A stretch of 63,654 nt of DNA, filler included, from 8 parts of 8 records of this genome joined end to end with filler, not necessarily neighbours in it, one strand, 5' to 3'; numbered from the whole stretch's first letter, positions 43,475 through 53,947 are shown. Translations and numbers: made by a program. Notes: generated by a model not told the origin, from the letters alone.

Positions 43475-43832
43475 TAATAATCACCAACAGCTAACAATAA
43501 TAAAGTACATGCCAACTCTGTTTTAATATTATTTTTTTGGAGCAAATCTATAAATTGGGGATTCTCGGTTCCTGGATTAAAAATAACCCGTTCAGGGTTT
43601 AAATCAATAACATATTGATAGTAGTCTGATTGATTCATAGTACCAACATACAAACTAACAGTATTAATATCTGACACTGCTTCTTTTGATGTAATAAACT
43701 CAACATCTTCAACTTTCCCTTTTCGGGCAGCGATAGCGACAACTGAATGTCCATGTGATCTTAATGCTCTAATTGCTTTATTTGAATAGCGTTCTTTTTT
43801 TCGCTAGCCCCAATAATAAGTGTCTTTTTCAT
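43474..43832 (-). CDS. CoA-binding protein (YccU-like), one-base slip near the 5' end
   Basis: ATG at 43832 gives MKKTLIIGASEKKERYSNKAI after restoring one A in the run at 43795-43801. IFNPGTEN and ACTLLLL motifs. Confidence 0.88.
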
Positions 43833-43842
43833 ACCAAACGAC

Positions 43843-44322
43843 TTAGTCCTTTACAATTAACACCACTGTATGAACAGATATTCCTTCTTCACGACCTTCA
43901 AACCCTAGTTGCTCGGTAGTTGTGGCTTTTATTGAAATGACTTCTTCATCAACAGAAAGAACACTAGCTAATGCTTTTTCCATTTCAGGAATATAATCCT
44001 TCAATTTTGGCTTTTGTGCAGCAATCGTCACATCTGCATTCCCAATATGATAGCCTTTTGTTGCAATTAGCTCGTTGGTTTTTTGCAGAAGAATTTTACT
44101 GTCAATGTTTTTAAAATCCGATGAATTATCTGGGAAATGATAACCAATATCTCTCATCTTAGCAGCTCCCAACATGGCATCACAAAGTGCATGAATCAAT
44201 ACATCTCCATCAGAGTGAGCCACTGTGCCTTTATAGTGTGGAATAAGAACACCGCCTAGCCAAAGGGTTTCCCCTTCAGCAAGGCGGTGCACATCGTAAC
44301 CGTATCCAATTCTAAAATTCAT
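43843..44322 (-). CDS. ispF: 2-C-methyl-D-erythritol 2,4-cyclodiphosphate synthase
   Basis: GYDVH, HSDGDVLIHA, DIGYHFP, KATTTEQLGFEGREEG. Confidence 0.97.
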   Translation of the reverse strand: MNFRIGYGYDVHRLAEGETLWLGGVLIPHYKGTVAHSDGDVLIHALCDAMLGAAKMRDIGYHFPDNSSDFKNIDSKILLQKTNELIATKGYHIGNADVTIAAQKPKLKDYIPEMEKALASVLSVDEEVISIKATTTEQLGFEGREEGISVHTVVLIVKD

Positions 44323-44343
44323 CAACGTCGTTGTTGGTTAAAT

Positions 44344-44443
44344 NNNNNNNNNNNNNNNNNNNNNNNNNNNNNNNNNNNNNNNNNNNNTTAATTAATTAAN
44401 NNNNNNNNNNNNNNNNNNNNNNNNNNNNNNNNNNNNNNNNNNN
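44344..44443. other. Artificial contig linker
   Basis: N44-TTAATTAATTAA-N44. Confidence 0.99.
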
Positions 44444-44445
44444 TT

Positions 44446-47400
44446 TTTTCTGTAAAAAATGAATACGCTTTCATGAGTGTTGCTGTTAAGGGGATGTTAG
44501 ATGAAGAAAAGGCAAAACAAAAGGGATATAGTATACAAAATTACTTACAGATTAATTTTAAGGAAGAAGAACTAGATGAAGCAATAGATTTTTTACGATG
44601 ATATACAAAAAGAATATAAGAATCAATCATATATTACATATTCATTTCTTGATTTTGGTGATGGTATTTGCAGTACTTTAAGAAAAGAATATCAAAAATC
44701 TCATTCAGATGGTAATGACTATGATATTTTAAAATTTGCCTTTAAACATAATACTTCAAGGCATCCAATTAAAAATCCTTTTAATTCAGAAAAAATTGAG
44801 GATTTTATTCCTCGCGGTTTATTTGATGTTTTAAGTCTTGTACAGAGGTATAATGGTTTATTAATAGCAAGAAGCTGTTACGGCAAAGTCTTATATGATT
44901 TTAGTAATACTAAATCAATTAATGAAGCATGTAAAATATTTGGTGACACTACATCGTTTTTTCCTGGAACATTTTTCACAATCTATCTACCGGCATTAAA
45001 AAAAGGACAAGAATTAGATAATTCAGTATTTATTCCTGAATATAATATCCCAGAATACAATAGGCTTAATAAGAAAATTGTAAGCGTTTATGAAATCTTA
45101 AAACATGCTGGTTTGAAAGATAAAGATGAAAGATATAATGTGCTTTTATCGAATTTCAATAAGTTACTACCAAAAAATAACAGATTATTAAATTTAATTT
45201 CATTTAAAAATATTGATGACCTTCAATTACTAAAAAAGATTGTTTTTTACTTATTAACTAACCAAAACGTAAATCATAACAATTGCTTTTTATTATTTCA
45301 TCCACCATCTAGAAAATTTCTTCAGGAAATCAATTATGAACTTAGCAACCTAACTCCTTTAGATAAGAATTTTAAAGTACATCCTTTACCTCTTATTTAT
45401 AAAAACGAAGGGGAAACTGAAGTTTTTTGGTTAGGATTATATAACGAAAAAGATATTAAAAAATTAGATGAGCTCCTCTATGATGTGTTCTCTATTCGTA
45501 AGAATGATTTTACCGAACCAGATTCCATTAAAGGACACTTCAATGATTATGACGAACATGGTAATTTGACCAGTGATTTTCCTACTATTGATGAAATTCA
45601 TGATTACATAGGTTATTTAGAAGTTAAAGACTTAGTTAGCAGTGATATCTATATTTCTAGAGCAGAAGGTTATGTTTATTTGTGCAGTGGTAATTACTAT
45701 CAAACTGAGTTTTATGAAATGACAAAAATGCTAAATGACAGTAATTTATGCATGTTAGTTTCAAAATTGTTGTATGAAAATGTTGAAACTAAATTATCAG
45801 AAACTATAAAAGTCCCAAGAAAAAGAAAATATATTGCGATAACCTCAAGCAGTCATTTAATTGTTGACTCTTTATTGAATCAAAATATAATTCATTCACC
45901 TACAGATATAATATATTTTGATAATTATCATATAGATAACTTGGAGTCTAAATTACCTGAGGACGCCTCTGAATATCATTATATTCTATTATGTGATGTT
46001 CTGTCCACAGGGGCTATGGCACATAATCTTAAAAATAATCTTAATGAATTGGGTGGAACCTTAGCATGTATATCTGTAATTATTAATGCTGTGGAAGAAG
46101 AAAACAAAGATTATGAATCTATTAAAAATTTAGTTATCCAAATTCACAATTACCCGATTAAAAAATATTATAAAAAAGATATTAGTTCTTCTGGTAATTC
46201 AGAAATTGAAAAGTCAATTAAGGAATCAAAAATAATTAGAATAAATCCTTATACAAATGTACCTATTACTTTTAGTATTGAGGAAACAAATCCGGATAAT
46301 ATAATACTTACAAATAATGAGTTTTTAGATATAATTAATGAAAATCATATTAGAACAGGTGGGCTTATTTTTAATACTCTATTACACCCATATTTCTTTA
46401 TTACAAGTGAAATAATTAAAGAGTCAGGGATAGAGCTATTTCAAAAAATCTTTACTACTAAAAAAAGAATACGAGGAGAAAATCGCTGTATACTGGATTC
46501 AATTGAAACAAAAAACTTAAACATATTTTACCCAAAAAATCTGACATTGAATACTTAGATTTTAAGCTCTTTAAACAAATAGTATTGAAGGCGGATAGAG
46601 GTGTGAATAATTATAAACTGGAGAGATATCCTACTGAAGAAGGATGGAAATTTCCTCACACAACAGAGTACTTTAAGAAAATTGTAAATGATAATCCTGT
46701 TTTAATATTAGATGACGGTTCCTGTACTGGAGCATCTTTGAAACAAATGATTAACGAAATTGCTTTTTTCAATCCTAAAAAAATAACACTTGTTTGCTTA
46801 ATTGGTAGGATTTCCGAGCATAAAAGAGAATTTTTAACTAGTATTTCTCAAATTGTTAAAGGAATAAATATCATTGATATTGAAATATTTTTTGGTTCAT
46901 TTTGGCATGTTCCTACATTTTACTTAGATGATAATCCGAATACCAAAGAGCGAATATGGCTTTCTCGTATATTAAATCTATCCAATTTGCCAACTGAAAT
47001 TAATAAAGTGGCGAATGAGATAAATGGAATACTAGAGCCAAAGGATGTTTTGCATTATGAGGATTATAAATATTTCCCTAGAGAAAATAAGAAAATACCT
47101 AAAAAAGATATTATTCATGTTAGAGATGAAATAGGTAAAATAATTGGTTATCGCTTTTATAAGGAAAGTTTCGATTATTTTAATGAATTTATTAGGCTCT
47201 ATAGCTTTAAAGAAAAATCAATTGATAGATATAAAACCATTGAGTTAATATGTGCTGTAATTGCATATGAACCGTATATATATGGTAGAATCAAAACAAT
47301 AATGCCAGATGTAACTGAAAAATTAATTGATTTTATTGATGTATTAATCTTAAAGAGTCCAAGAAAACTATCATCTCCCCCTTATCTTATCAATGGAATA

Positions 47401-48523
47401 TAAGGGATATATTTCACATCTTTTTTATTTTAAATGAAGATGAGCAGATTTACAATAAACTTCTTACAAGTTCTAACTTTAATAACCTTGTTAGGTTTAT
47501 TGAATTAAATGATAAAACTTCAATAAACTATTTATTGTTTCGTATTTTAAGATATTTCCCATTAGAAATATCTGAAATGCCAAGAAATATTGACCGAAAG
47601 TTTCTTGTTCTACTTAATAAATTTAAAAAAATAAGGAGTTTTCTGGTGAAGCAAGAAGGATGATAAAAGTTTTTATTTCATTTATTTTTACTCTTCCAAA
47701 GAGGAAAAGCTTTGAAAATCAACTTTTAGTTCTAAACAAGAATTTTGAATCTATTGAAGACGACCAATTCCATCTAAGTAATATTGTTGCTAATTTAGGC
47801 TTAATGCTTTCAGATATTACCATTCGTTTAAAAAATTATGACAGTGCATCTCTGATTAAATTCAGGGCAAGTTGGAAAATTGTTTCTCGATTTATAGAAC
47901 CGTTATTATCTTTTTATATTTCTTTTCCAAGTTTCTTTCCTGATAAAATATCAAATCAAATTGAAGATATTAAAGTAATATTCAAGAAACTAAACCAAAG
48001 GATTATCATAAGAATTAATGATTCAAATATTTTAAATATTAAAAATGACCTAAAGACTCTTCAATCAGAATATTTTAACTGTGATTCAGAGCTTTTTGAG
48101 CTTTTTATAAAGCCAACAACTACTGAATTATATAAAAAGATATCTAACAAAATTGTAGAATTTAGTAAAACTCATATAGGGGTAAATAGACCTATTGAAT
48201 TAAAAGGTGAAATTGATGATAATTTAGTGGTTGATTTCCCCGACTATTATTTCTCAAACGTTGTATTAGATACTTTATTTAATAATTTCAGACATGGAGC
48301 AGAAAATGAAAAAATAATGATGCTTATAAAAGCTGATACAGAATTAGGTTATTTTTCTTTAGAAACATGGAATTTAATATCTGAAGAGATTGATTCTGGA
48401 GGTGGTAATGGGCTTACAAAATTAGTACAGGCGAGAAGCTATCCAAAAGACAAATTCGATTATCAATTTGAAACAATTGGTAGTTCAACTTTTTATCAAG
48501 TAATAAGAATAAAATTCATATAA
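44446..48523 (+). CDS. Large multidomain protein (5' truncated, ~1360 codons after repair): GHKL/HATPase, two type-I PRTase domains, C-terminal histidine-kinase-like domain
   Basis: Hand translation upstream of and in frame with the 45113 ORF gives SFLDFGDGI, PRGLFDV...YNGLLIARS and FPGTFFTIYLP. Then YILLCDVLSTG and VLILDDGSCTG PRPP-loop motifs. The C-terminus has LFNNFRH and SGGGNGL. Adding one base at T6 44589-44594, A6 46534-46539, C5 47377-47381 and A7 47625-47631 joins ORFs 45113, 46585 and 47660 into one frame. Confidence 0.75.
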
Positions 48524-48529
48524 GAAATT

Positions 48530-49891
48530 ATGGCGTTAACAGACATTACATTGTTAATATGGGATGATAGTTCAAATTTTCACTTAGGCGTTACACAAAG
48601 AAATTTAGGTGATGATTATGTTTTCGCAGAAAAAATCCCAATTGGTACCAGAGAAGAGTTCGAAAAAATTTGGAGCGGCCTAGATAAAAAGACTAAAATA
48701 ATTTTTGCATGTCATTACAAGTGCATGGATGGCAGCTTATATAAAAGTTTTAAGTATTCAAGGATAGAGTCTGACTTTAAAATTCCTGAAGTACACTATC
48801 TTTCAAATGATGCAATAAAAGCATCTAAGAATTACCAAAAGGAAAAGAAAGAAAGTGAAAGAATTATTCTGTATAACACGTTTATGGAAAAAGTTACTGA
48901 AAATAAAGTTAAAACCTTTACTAAAGAAGAAATCATGCTAGAGCAATCTAAAAAATTGTCAGAGGAGGAAAAGATATCCTTAGATAATTATCCGCAAATT
49001 AAGTATGCAATCATTACAGCTTTGTATGATGATGAATTTGAAGAAGTAAAAAAGGTTTTTAATTTTCCCAATGATGAAAAAATTAAAATTGGAGATAAAA
49101 CATATAGGATTGGTTACTTAATTGGTGATGAAAGTATCAAAGTGGTGGCCGGTGTACCATTTAATACCGGTATGGTTGACGCTTCCATCATGGCGGCTCA
49201 AATGATTGAGATTTTTAAACCAGATTATATTTTAATGTCAGGAGTTTGTGGAGGATATATAGAGGATTGTAATCTTGGAGACATTGTCGTTGCAAGAAAT
49301 GTATACACTTTCCAGAAAGGTAAATTGTCAGATATTAAAACTAAAAATGAAGATGGGGAATACATAAATTTAGACCTTTTTGATAGAGACAACAAAAAAG
49401 TAGATTACACAAAGCTTTATGATAAAGGAGGAAATCAAATTGCAATTAGTATTGAACAATTCAAAATTGAACATGATTCTATAATAACAATAGACCATTT
49501 TCAAGATAATTATAATGATTATAAAAAAGATATTATCAATACAATAAATAACAAGATTAAAGATGATTTACTAATCAAGCTTGATTATGATATTAAACTT
49601 CATTATGAGCCAATGGCATGTAGTACAATGGTAATTAACAAAGACGGTTTTTTTGAAGATACTTTAAAATCAATTGACAGAAAAACACTTGCTGTAGAGA
49701 TGGAAAGTTATGGTGTTGCGAGAGCATGCAAATATGCCAATGGAGGTAAAACAAAACCAATTATTTTTAAATCAATTATGGATTTTACTTTTAATAAAAG
49801 TGACTCACATGGGAATATAAATTGGAAAAAGTTTGCTGCCTATACAAGTGCTCAATTTATGAAACATCTATTTATAAATAAGATAATATAG
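48530..49891 (+). CDS. Receiver-like domain fused to a PNP/MTA-SAH nucleosidase (PNP_UDP_1) effector
   Basis: N-terminal LLIWDD beta1 acidic pair. C-terminal AIITAL, GMVDAS, MSGVCGG, LGDIVVA, AVEMESYGV, FKSIMDF, FAAYTSA. Confidence 0.85.
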   Translation: MALTDITLLIWDDSSNFHLGVTQRNLGDDYVFAEKIPIGTREEFEKIWSGLDKKTKIIFACHYKCMDGSLYKSFKYSRIESDFKIPEVHYLSNDAIKASKNYQKEKKESERIILYNTFMEKVTENKVKTFTKEEIMLEQSKKLSEEEKISLDNYPQIKYAIITALYDDEFEEVKKVFNFPNDEKIKIGDKTYRIGYLIGDESIKVVAGVPFNTGMVDASIMAAQMIEIFKPDYILMSGVCGGYIEDCNLGDIVVARNVYTFQKGKLSDIKTKNEDGEYINLDLFDRDNKKVDYTKLYDKGGNQIAISIEQFKIEHDSIITIDHFQDNYNDYKKDIINTINNKIKDDLLIKLDYDIKLHYEPMACSTMVINKDGFFEDTLKSIDRKTLAVEMESYGVARACKYANGGKTKPIIFKSIMDFTFNKSDSHGNINWKKFAAYTSAQFMKHLFINKII

Positions 49892-50099
49892 CCATGCGCA
49901 CAGTCAAGCACATTTACAATTCACACAAGCCAATGCTCGACCAAAAATTGCAAAAGAGCTTGCCTGTCTTCCATCGCTTTATTGCCGACCCTAAAAACTA
50001 TTTTTTCGGAAACAGCAGTGCTTCGATTCAGCGGATTTATGATTGCAAAAGACTGATAATTAACTGATAATGAATAAAGCCCAGCATACAACACGGTAT

Positions 50100-50199
50100 N
50101 NNNNNNNNNNNNNNNNNNNNNNNNNNNNNNNNNNNNNNNNNNNTTAATTAATTAANNNNNNNNNNNNNNNNNNNNNNNNNNNNNNNNNNNNNNNNNNNN
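50100..50199. other. Artificial contig linker
   Basis: N44-TTAATTAATTAA-N44. Confidence 0.99.
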
Positions 50200-50733
50200 T
50201 TTTTGAACCCATACTTAAATAAAAAAGTTTGTTTAAAAATCGTTTACACAGAAAAGAGATAAACGGAATCTAAAAAATTGATAAAAACGAAGGCGCGTTT
50301 TAAGCGATTGAAACAAGACGATGTGTATAGTTATTCATGCCACATGCTTTTAAGATGTCTTGCTATACATGCTAAAATACGTAGAAGTAATTTCTATTAT
50401 ACGATAGCAATTGAGAGTCTGATGATTTCTACATACATATAGATAGCTCAAAGAAGAAGAAGCATAGACTAGATTATAGTTACATATAGATAAAGTGCTT
50501 AAAATAGGGTAAAACATGCTCTAACATACGCTAAGCTGTTTAGACAACCATTTGTACAGGTAAGTAGATGAAAACCGCTTAAAAACTACTCTCAACATTT
50601 GTTATTGTACTCATTTTTATATTATGACCCTATTTAGATGCGGAAGAAGGCATATTATATGCATATAATCATATTAAATACATATTTATTAAGATGATTA
50701 GTACAGCAATCACACTTATTTTTATTCTATATT

Positions 50734-50761
50734 TGTTCGTATAATATATATTATGTAAACC
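50734..50761 (+). other. dif: dif site (Xer recombination site)
   Basis: TGTTCGTATAA-TATATA-TTATGTAAACC has 11-6-11 structure. Spacer and right arm nearly identical to B. subtilis dif (ACTTCCTAGAA-TATATA-TTATGTAAACT). Intergenic. Confidence 0.85.
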
Positions 50762-50933
50762 ATTTATTGACACCTTAACTGTGCGGACAACTAGTTTTGT
50801 GTGGAAATGTTGATAATGTAAAACTATATAAATTTCTTGGTTACAAGCCTTCTTTTACTATAAACCCTCAAAATCATGGTTATATTGGCATACAATTTCT
50901 CATCATTCGTGATAAAATGATTATGGTGATTAT

Positions 50934-51908
50934 ATGAAGAAAAAAATTCAAATTATCTTTACTGGCGGCACCATATCAATGCAGCGCCATCCAGATAATA
51001 AACAAGCAAATATTGTAAACAATCATGAAGCATTAATCCATAACATACAAGACGAGCTCTCGCAAATCGAGATTCGTTCACACCTATTTTCCCTTAAGCC
51101 ATCGCCTGCGATGAGTCCTGTGGATATGCTAAATCTGGCTAAACTAACAGAGTCATTTTTAAATGATAAAGATATCGATGGTGTTGTTATTACACATGGA
51201 ACAGATACACTTGAGGAATCCGCATATCTTCTAGATCTATATTTAGACCATGAAAAACCTGTTGTTTTCACAGGTTCTATGCGGAGCTATTCTGATTTAG
51301 GCTATGATGGGTTATCGAATTTAGTCTCATCTATATTGGTTGCTGCTGATGACAAATCTTGTGATAAACATGTCCTTGTTTGTTTGAACGATGAAATCAA
51401 CACAGCACGTGAAGTGACGAAATCACACACACTCGCACTTGATACGTTTAAGTCTTTAGAGTTTGGTCCAATAGGTATTATTGAACAAGATAACGTTATT
51501 TATACAAGACATCTCTTCTTGGATGTTCCTAAACTAAGAACAGATCATTTAGAAGATGATGTTGCTCTAATCAAAGTGGTTGCAGGTATGAGTTCAGATT
51601 TACTAAACTTACTAATCGATCACCAAATTAAAGGTATCGTCATTGAAGCACTTGGTCGTGGTAATGTTCCACCCCAAATGGTACCTGGGATACAAAGAGC
51701 GATTGATAAAAACATACCTGTACTTTTGACATCTAGATGTCCAATAGGACGTGTCCTAGATAATTATGGGTATGAAGGTGGCGGATACCATCTTCAACAA
51801 TTAGGTGTAATTTTTACTAAAAATCTAAATGGACAAAAAGCAAGAATTCAATTAATGTTAGCACTAGGTATCACTAAAGATATCGATACCCTTAAATCAT
51901 ATTTTTAA
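50934..51908 (+). CDS. L-asparaginase (cytoplasmic type)
   Basis: TGGTI, HGTDT, TGSMR, KSHT, GRGNVP. Confidence 0.95.
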   Translation: MKKKIQIIFTGGTISMQRHPDNKQANIVNNHEALIHNIQDELSQIEIRSHLFSLKPSPAMSPVDMLNLAKLTESFLNDKDIDGVVITHGTDTLEESAYLLDLYLDHEKPVVFTGSMRSYSDLGYDGLSNLVSSILVAADDKSCDKHVLVCLNDEINTAREVTKSHTLALDTFKSLEFGPIGIIEQDNVIYTRHLFLDVPKLRTDHLEDDVALIKVVAGMSSDLLNLLIDHQIKGIVIEALGRGNVPPQMVPGIQRAIDKNIPVLLTSRCPIGRVLDNYGYEGGGYHLQQLGVIFTKNLNGQKARIQLMLALGITKDIDTLKSYF

Positions 51909-51923
51909 TTGGGGAGGTTAAAA

Positions 51924-52598
51924 ATGATAAATGATAAACATAGGTATAAATTCATATTATCTGCACTACTTGTCATCTTAGGTTTAATCGCATTTGTTTT
52001 ACAAATTTTTAGAGCCTATCACAGTCAACACATGATGGTATCACTTGGGGTTCTTCTTATCTATTTTACAAATCAATCTAACATATTAGTCACAATTGTT
52101 TCAATCTTACTTCTATTAAACATAGAGAAAAAATGGTTGGATAAACTATCATTTATTGCGTTTGCAAATATACTAATCACTGGTATTATCTTTCATGTTT
52201 TTCTTGCGAGATACTTTGATCATTTATCATTTTTACAGCATATCTTACATACTTTTGTCCCAATCATTTATGGTGTCTTATACTTCATATTTTTAGATAC
52301 TAAATTAAAAGTTATTGAAGGCTTGTATGCATTCATCTATCCTTTCATATATGTCTTGTTTGTCTACTTCATTGTTAACCCTTTATTTGGACCAACGATC
52401 ATAAAATATTTTCCTAATGAACCTGATATGGTTTATGTTTATCCATTCCTAAATCCTAACAATTACACCAATGGTTTTATGGGTGTTTTACAATTAATCA
52501 TGTTGGTCTTAATCCCTATATTCTTAGCATTCTTTATAGGCATGTTAAAACTGAAAAATACATATGTTCCAAAAATATGGCAAGAAAAAAACGCATAA
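51924..52598 (+). CDS. Pr6Pr/FAR-17a-like integral membrane protein
   Basis: YFTNQSN, LHTFVP, YPFL motifs; about 6 TMs; RBS GGGAGG before the ATG at 51924. Confidence 0.75.
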   Translation: MINDKHRYKFILSALLVILGLIAFVLQIFRAYHSQHMMVSLGVLLIYFTNQSNILVTIVSILLLLNIEKKWLDKLSFIAFANILITGIIFHVFLARYFDHLSFLQHILHTFVPIIYGVLYFIFLDTKLKVIEGLYAFIYPFIYVLFVYFIVNPLFGPTIIKYFPNEPDMVYVYPFLNPNNYTNGFMGVLQLIMLVLIPIFLAFFIGMLKLKNTYVPKIWQEKNA

Positions 52599-52611
52599 TT
52601 ATGCGTTTTTT
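52585..52611. terminator. Bidirectional terminator overlapping two convergent stop codons
   Basis: AAAAAACGCATAATTATGCGTTTTTT perfect palindrome. Confidence 0.8.
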
Positions 52612-53947
52612 ATTTGCGATTAATAGCTTCTAAACCAGCAAGATTTAATAAGTTCCACGGTTTTGAATAATGAGGTTGGAAGAAAAAATCTTGAAAAGCC
52701 ATTTGATAAATTGTCATTTTATTTTGAATAATAACAGATAATGTATTCATCTTTTCAGTTAAATCAGCTTTTGATATAATCTGTCCACCAACGATTATAT
52801 TCGTCTTTTTATCATAAACAATTTTCAACATTGCATCATCATAAGTAGGCATAAACTCTGGTCGATTATGATCCTTAATCGTAACAGTTTCATAGTCTAA
52901 ATCCATGTTCTTTGCAACACCTTCAGTAATCCCGGTTGATGCAATATTCCAATCGTAAATCTTTATACCTGATGTACCTTGTGTACCGACATATTTTACT
53001 TTATTTTCTAAGATGTTAATCCCAACAATCGTCCCCATTCTTACCGCATTTGTAGCAAGTGGAATATAGCGATATTCTTCTGAAGGATTATAATAGATGT
53101 TCACACAATCACCACATGCATAAACATCTTTGTGTGAAGTTTGCATATATTCATTCACGATCAATGCACCATTCTTAGACGTATTCAACTTGCCTTTATA
53201 TAAAACATCATTCGGTCTAAAACCAATACACATAATCACAAGATCTGTTTCATGTATAGCTTTATCAGTTTTAATATGCGTAACGAATCCATCATTTAAT
53301 GTGAAGCCTTCTACGCGTTGTCCAAGTGCCAATTTAATCCCATGAGACTTAAAAGCACCTTCAGCAACTTGGGTAAATTCTTCATCTAAATATTTAGGCA
53401 TAATTCTATTTTCAGCATCTATCAGTGTGACTTCTTTACCATTGCTTTCAAATGCTTCTGCAAGTTCTACACCAATATAACCCGCACCTACAACTGTAAT
53501 TTTTTTCACATTTTTAGTTTTTTCAATGATTTCATTTGCTTGATTAAAGTTCTTTGATAATAACACATTAGGTGTATAAATGCCTTCAATTTTAGGAATG
53601 ATAGGCCATGATCCAGTCGCAATCACCAACTTATCAAAATGATCTTCGAAAACATTTTGTGTCAATAAATCTTTGACTTTTACAGCCTTATTCTCATAAT
53701 CAATATCTAATACTTCATGCTCCATTTTTGTATCTATACCAAGTGTTCTAAGTTCATCTGGTGATGAGTAAAATAGACCATCTTTATCGGTAACAACACC
53801 ACCGACGTATAATGCAATACCACAAGATAAAAATGATACATTATCATTTTTTTCATAAACCGTTATATCAATATCTTTATAGATATTTTTCATATTTTTA
53901 ACTGCAGCCGTTCCTGCATGCGTGCAGCCAATAACAATCACTTTCAT
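52610..53947 (-). CDS. nox: NADH oxidase (H2O-forming type)
   Basis: GCTHAG, SFLSCG (redox Cys), VVGAGYIG, YIPLATNA, FFFQPHY. RBS AAGGAG before the ATG at 53947. Confidence 0.92.
   Translation of the reverse strand: MKVIVIGCTHAGTAAVKNMKNIYKDIDITVYEKNDNVSFLSCGIALYVGGVVTDKDGLFYSSPDELRTLGIDTKMEHEVLDIDYENKAVKVKDLLTQNVFEDHFDKLVIATGSWPIIPKIEGIYTPNVLLSKNFNQANEIIEKTKNVKKITVVGAGYIGVELAEAFESNGKEVTLIDAENRIMPKYLDEEFTQVAEGAFKSHGIKLALGQRVEGFTLNDGFVTHIKTDKAIHETDLVIMCIGFRPNDVLYKGKLNTSKNGALIVNEYMQTSHKDVYACGDCVNIYYNPSEEYRYIPLATNAVRMGTIVGINILENKVKYVGTQGTSGIKIYDWNIASTGITEGVAKNMDLDYETVTIKDHNRPEFMPTYDDAMLKIVYDKKTNIIVGGQIISKADLTEKMNTLSVIIQNKMTIYQMAFQDFFFQPHYSKPWNLLNLAGLEAINRK

Noticed and set aside
48950-49891. 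Housekeeping MTA/SAH nucleosidase (mtnN/pfs)
   Set aside because: It has an extra N-terminal receiver-like domain, an internal insertion and an accessory AT-rich context, all unlike standalone ~230-aa MtnN.
50782-50816. DnaA-box-like cluster (TGCGGACAA, TGTGGAAAT, TGTTGATAA) as oriC
   Set aside because: Each box has 1-2 mismatches, there is no dnaA/dnaN nearby, and the adjacent dif argues for the terminus.
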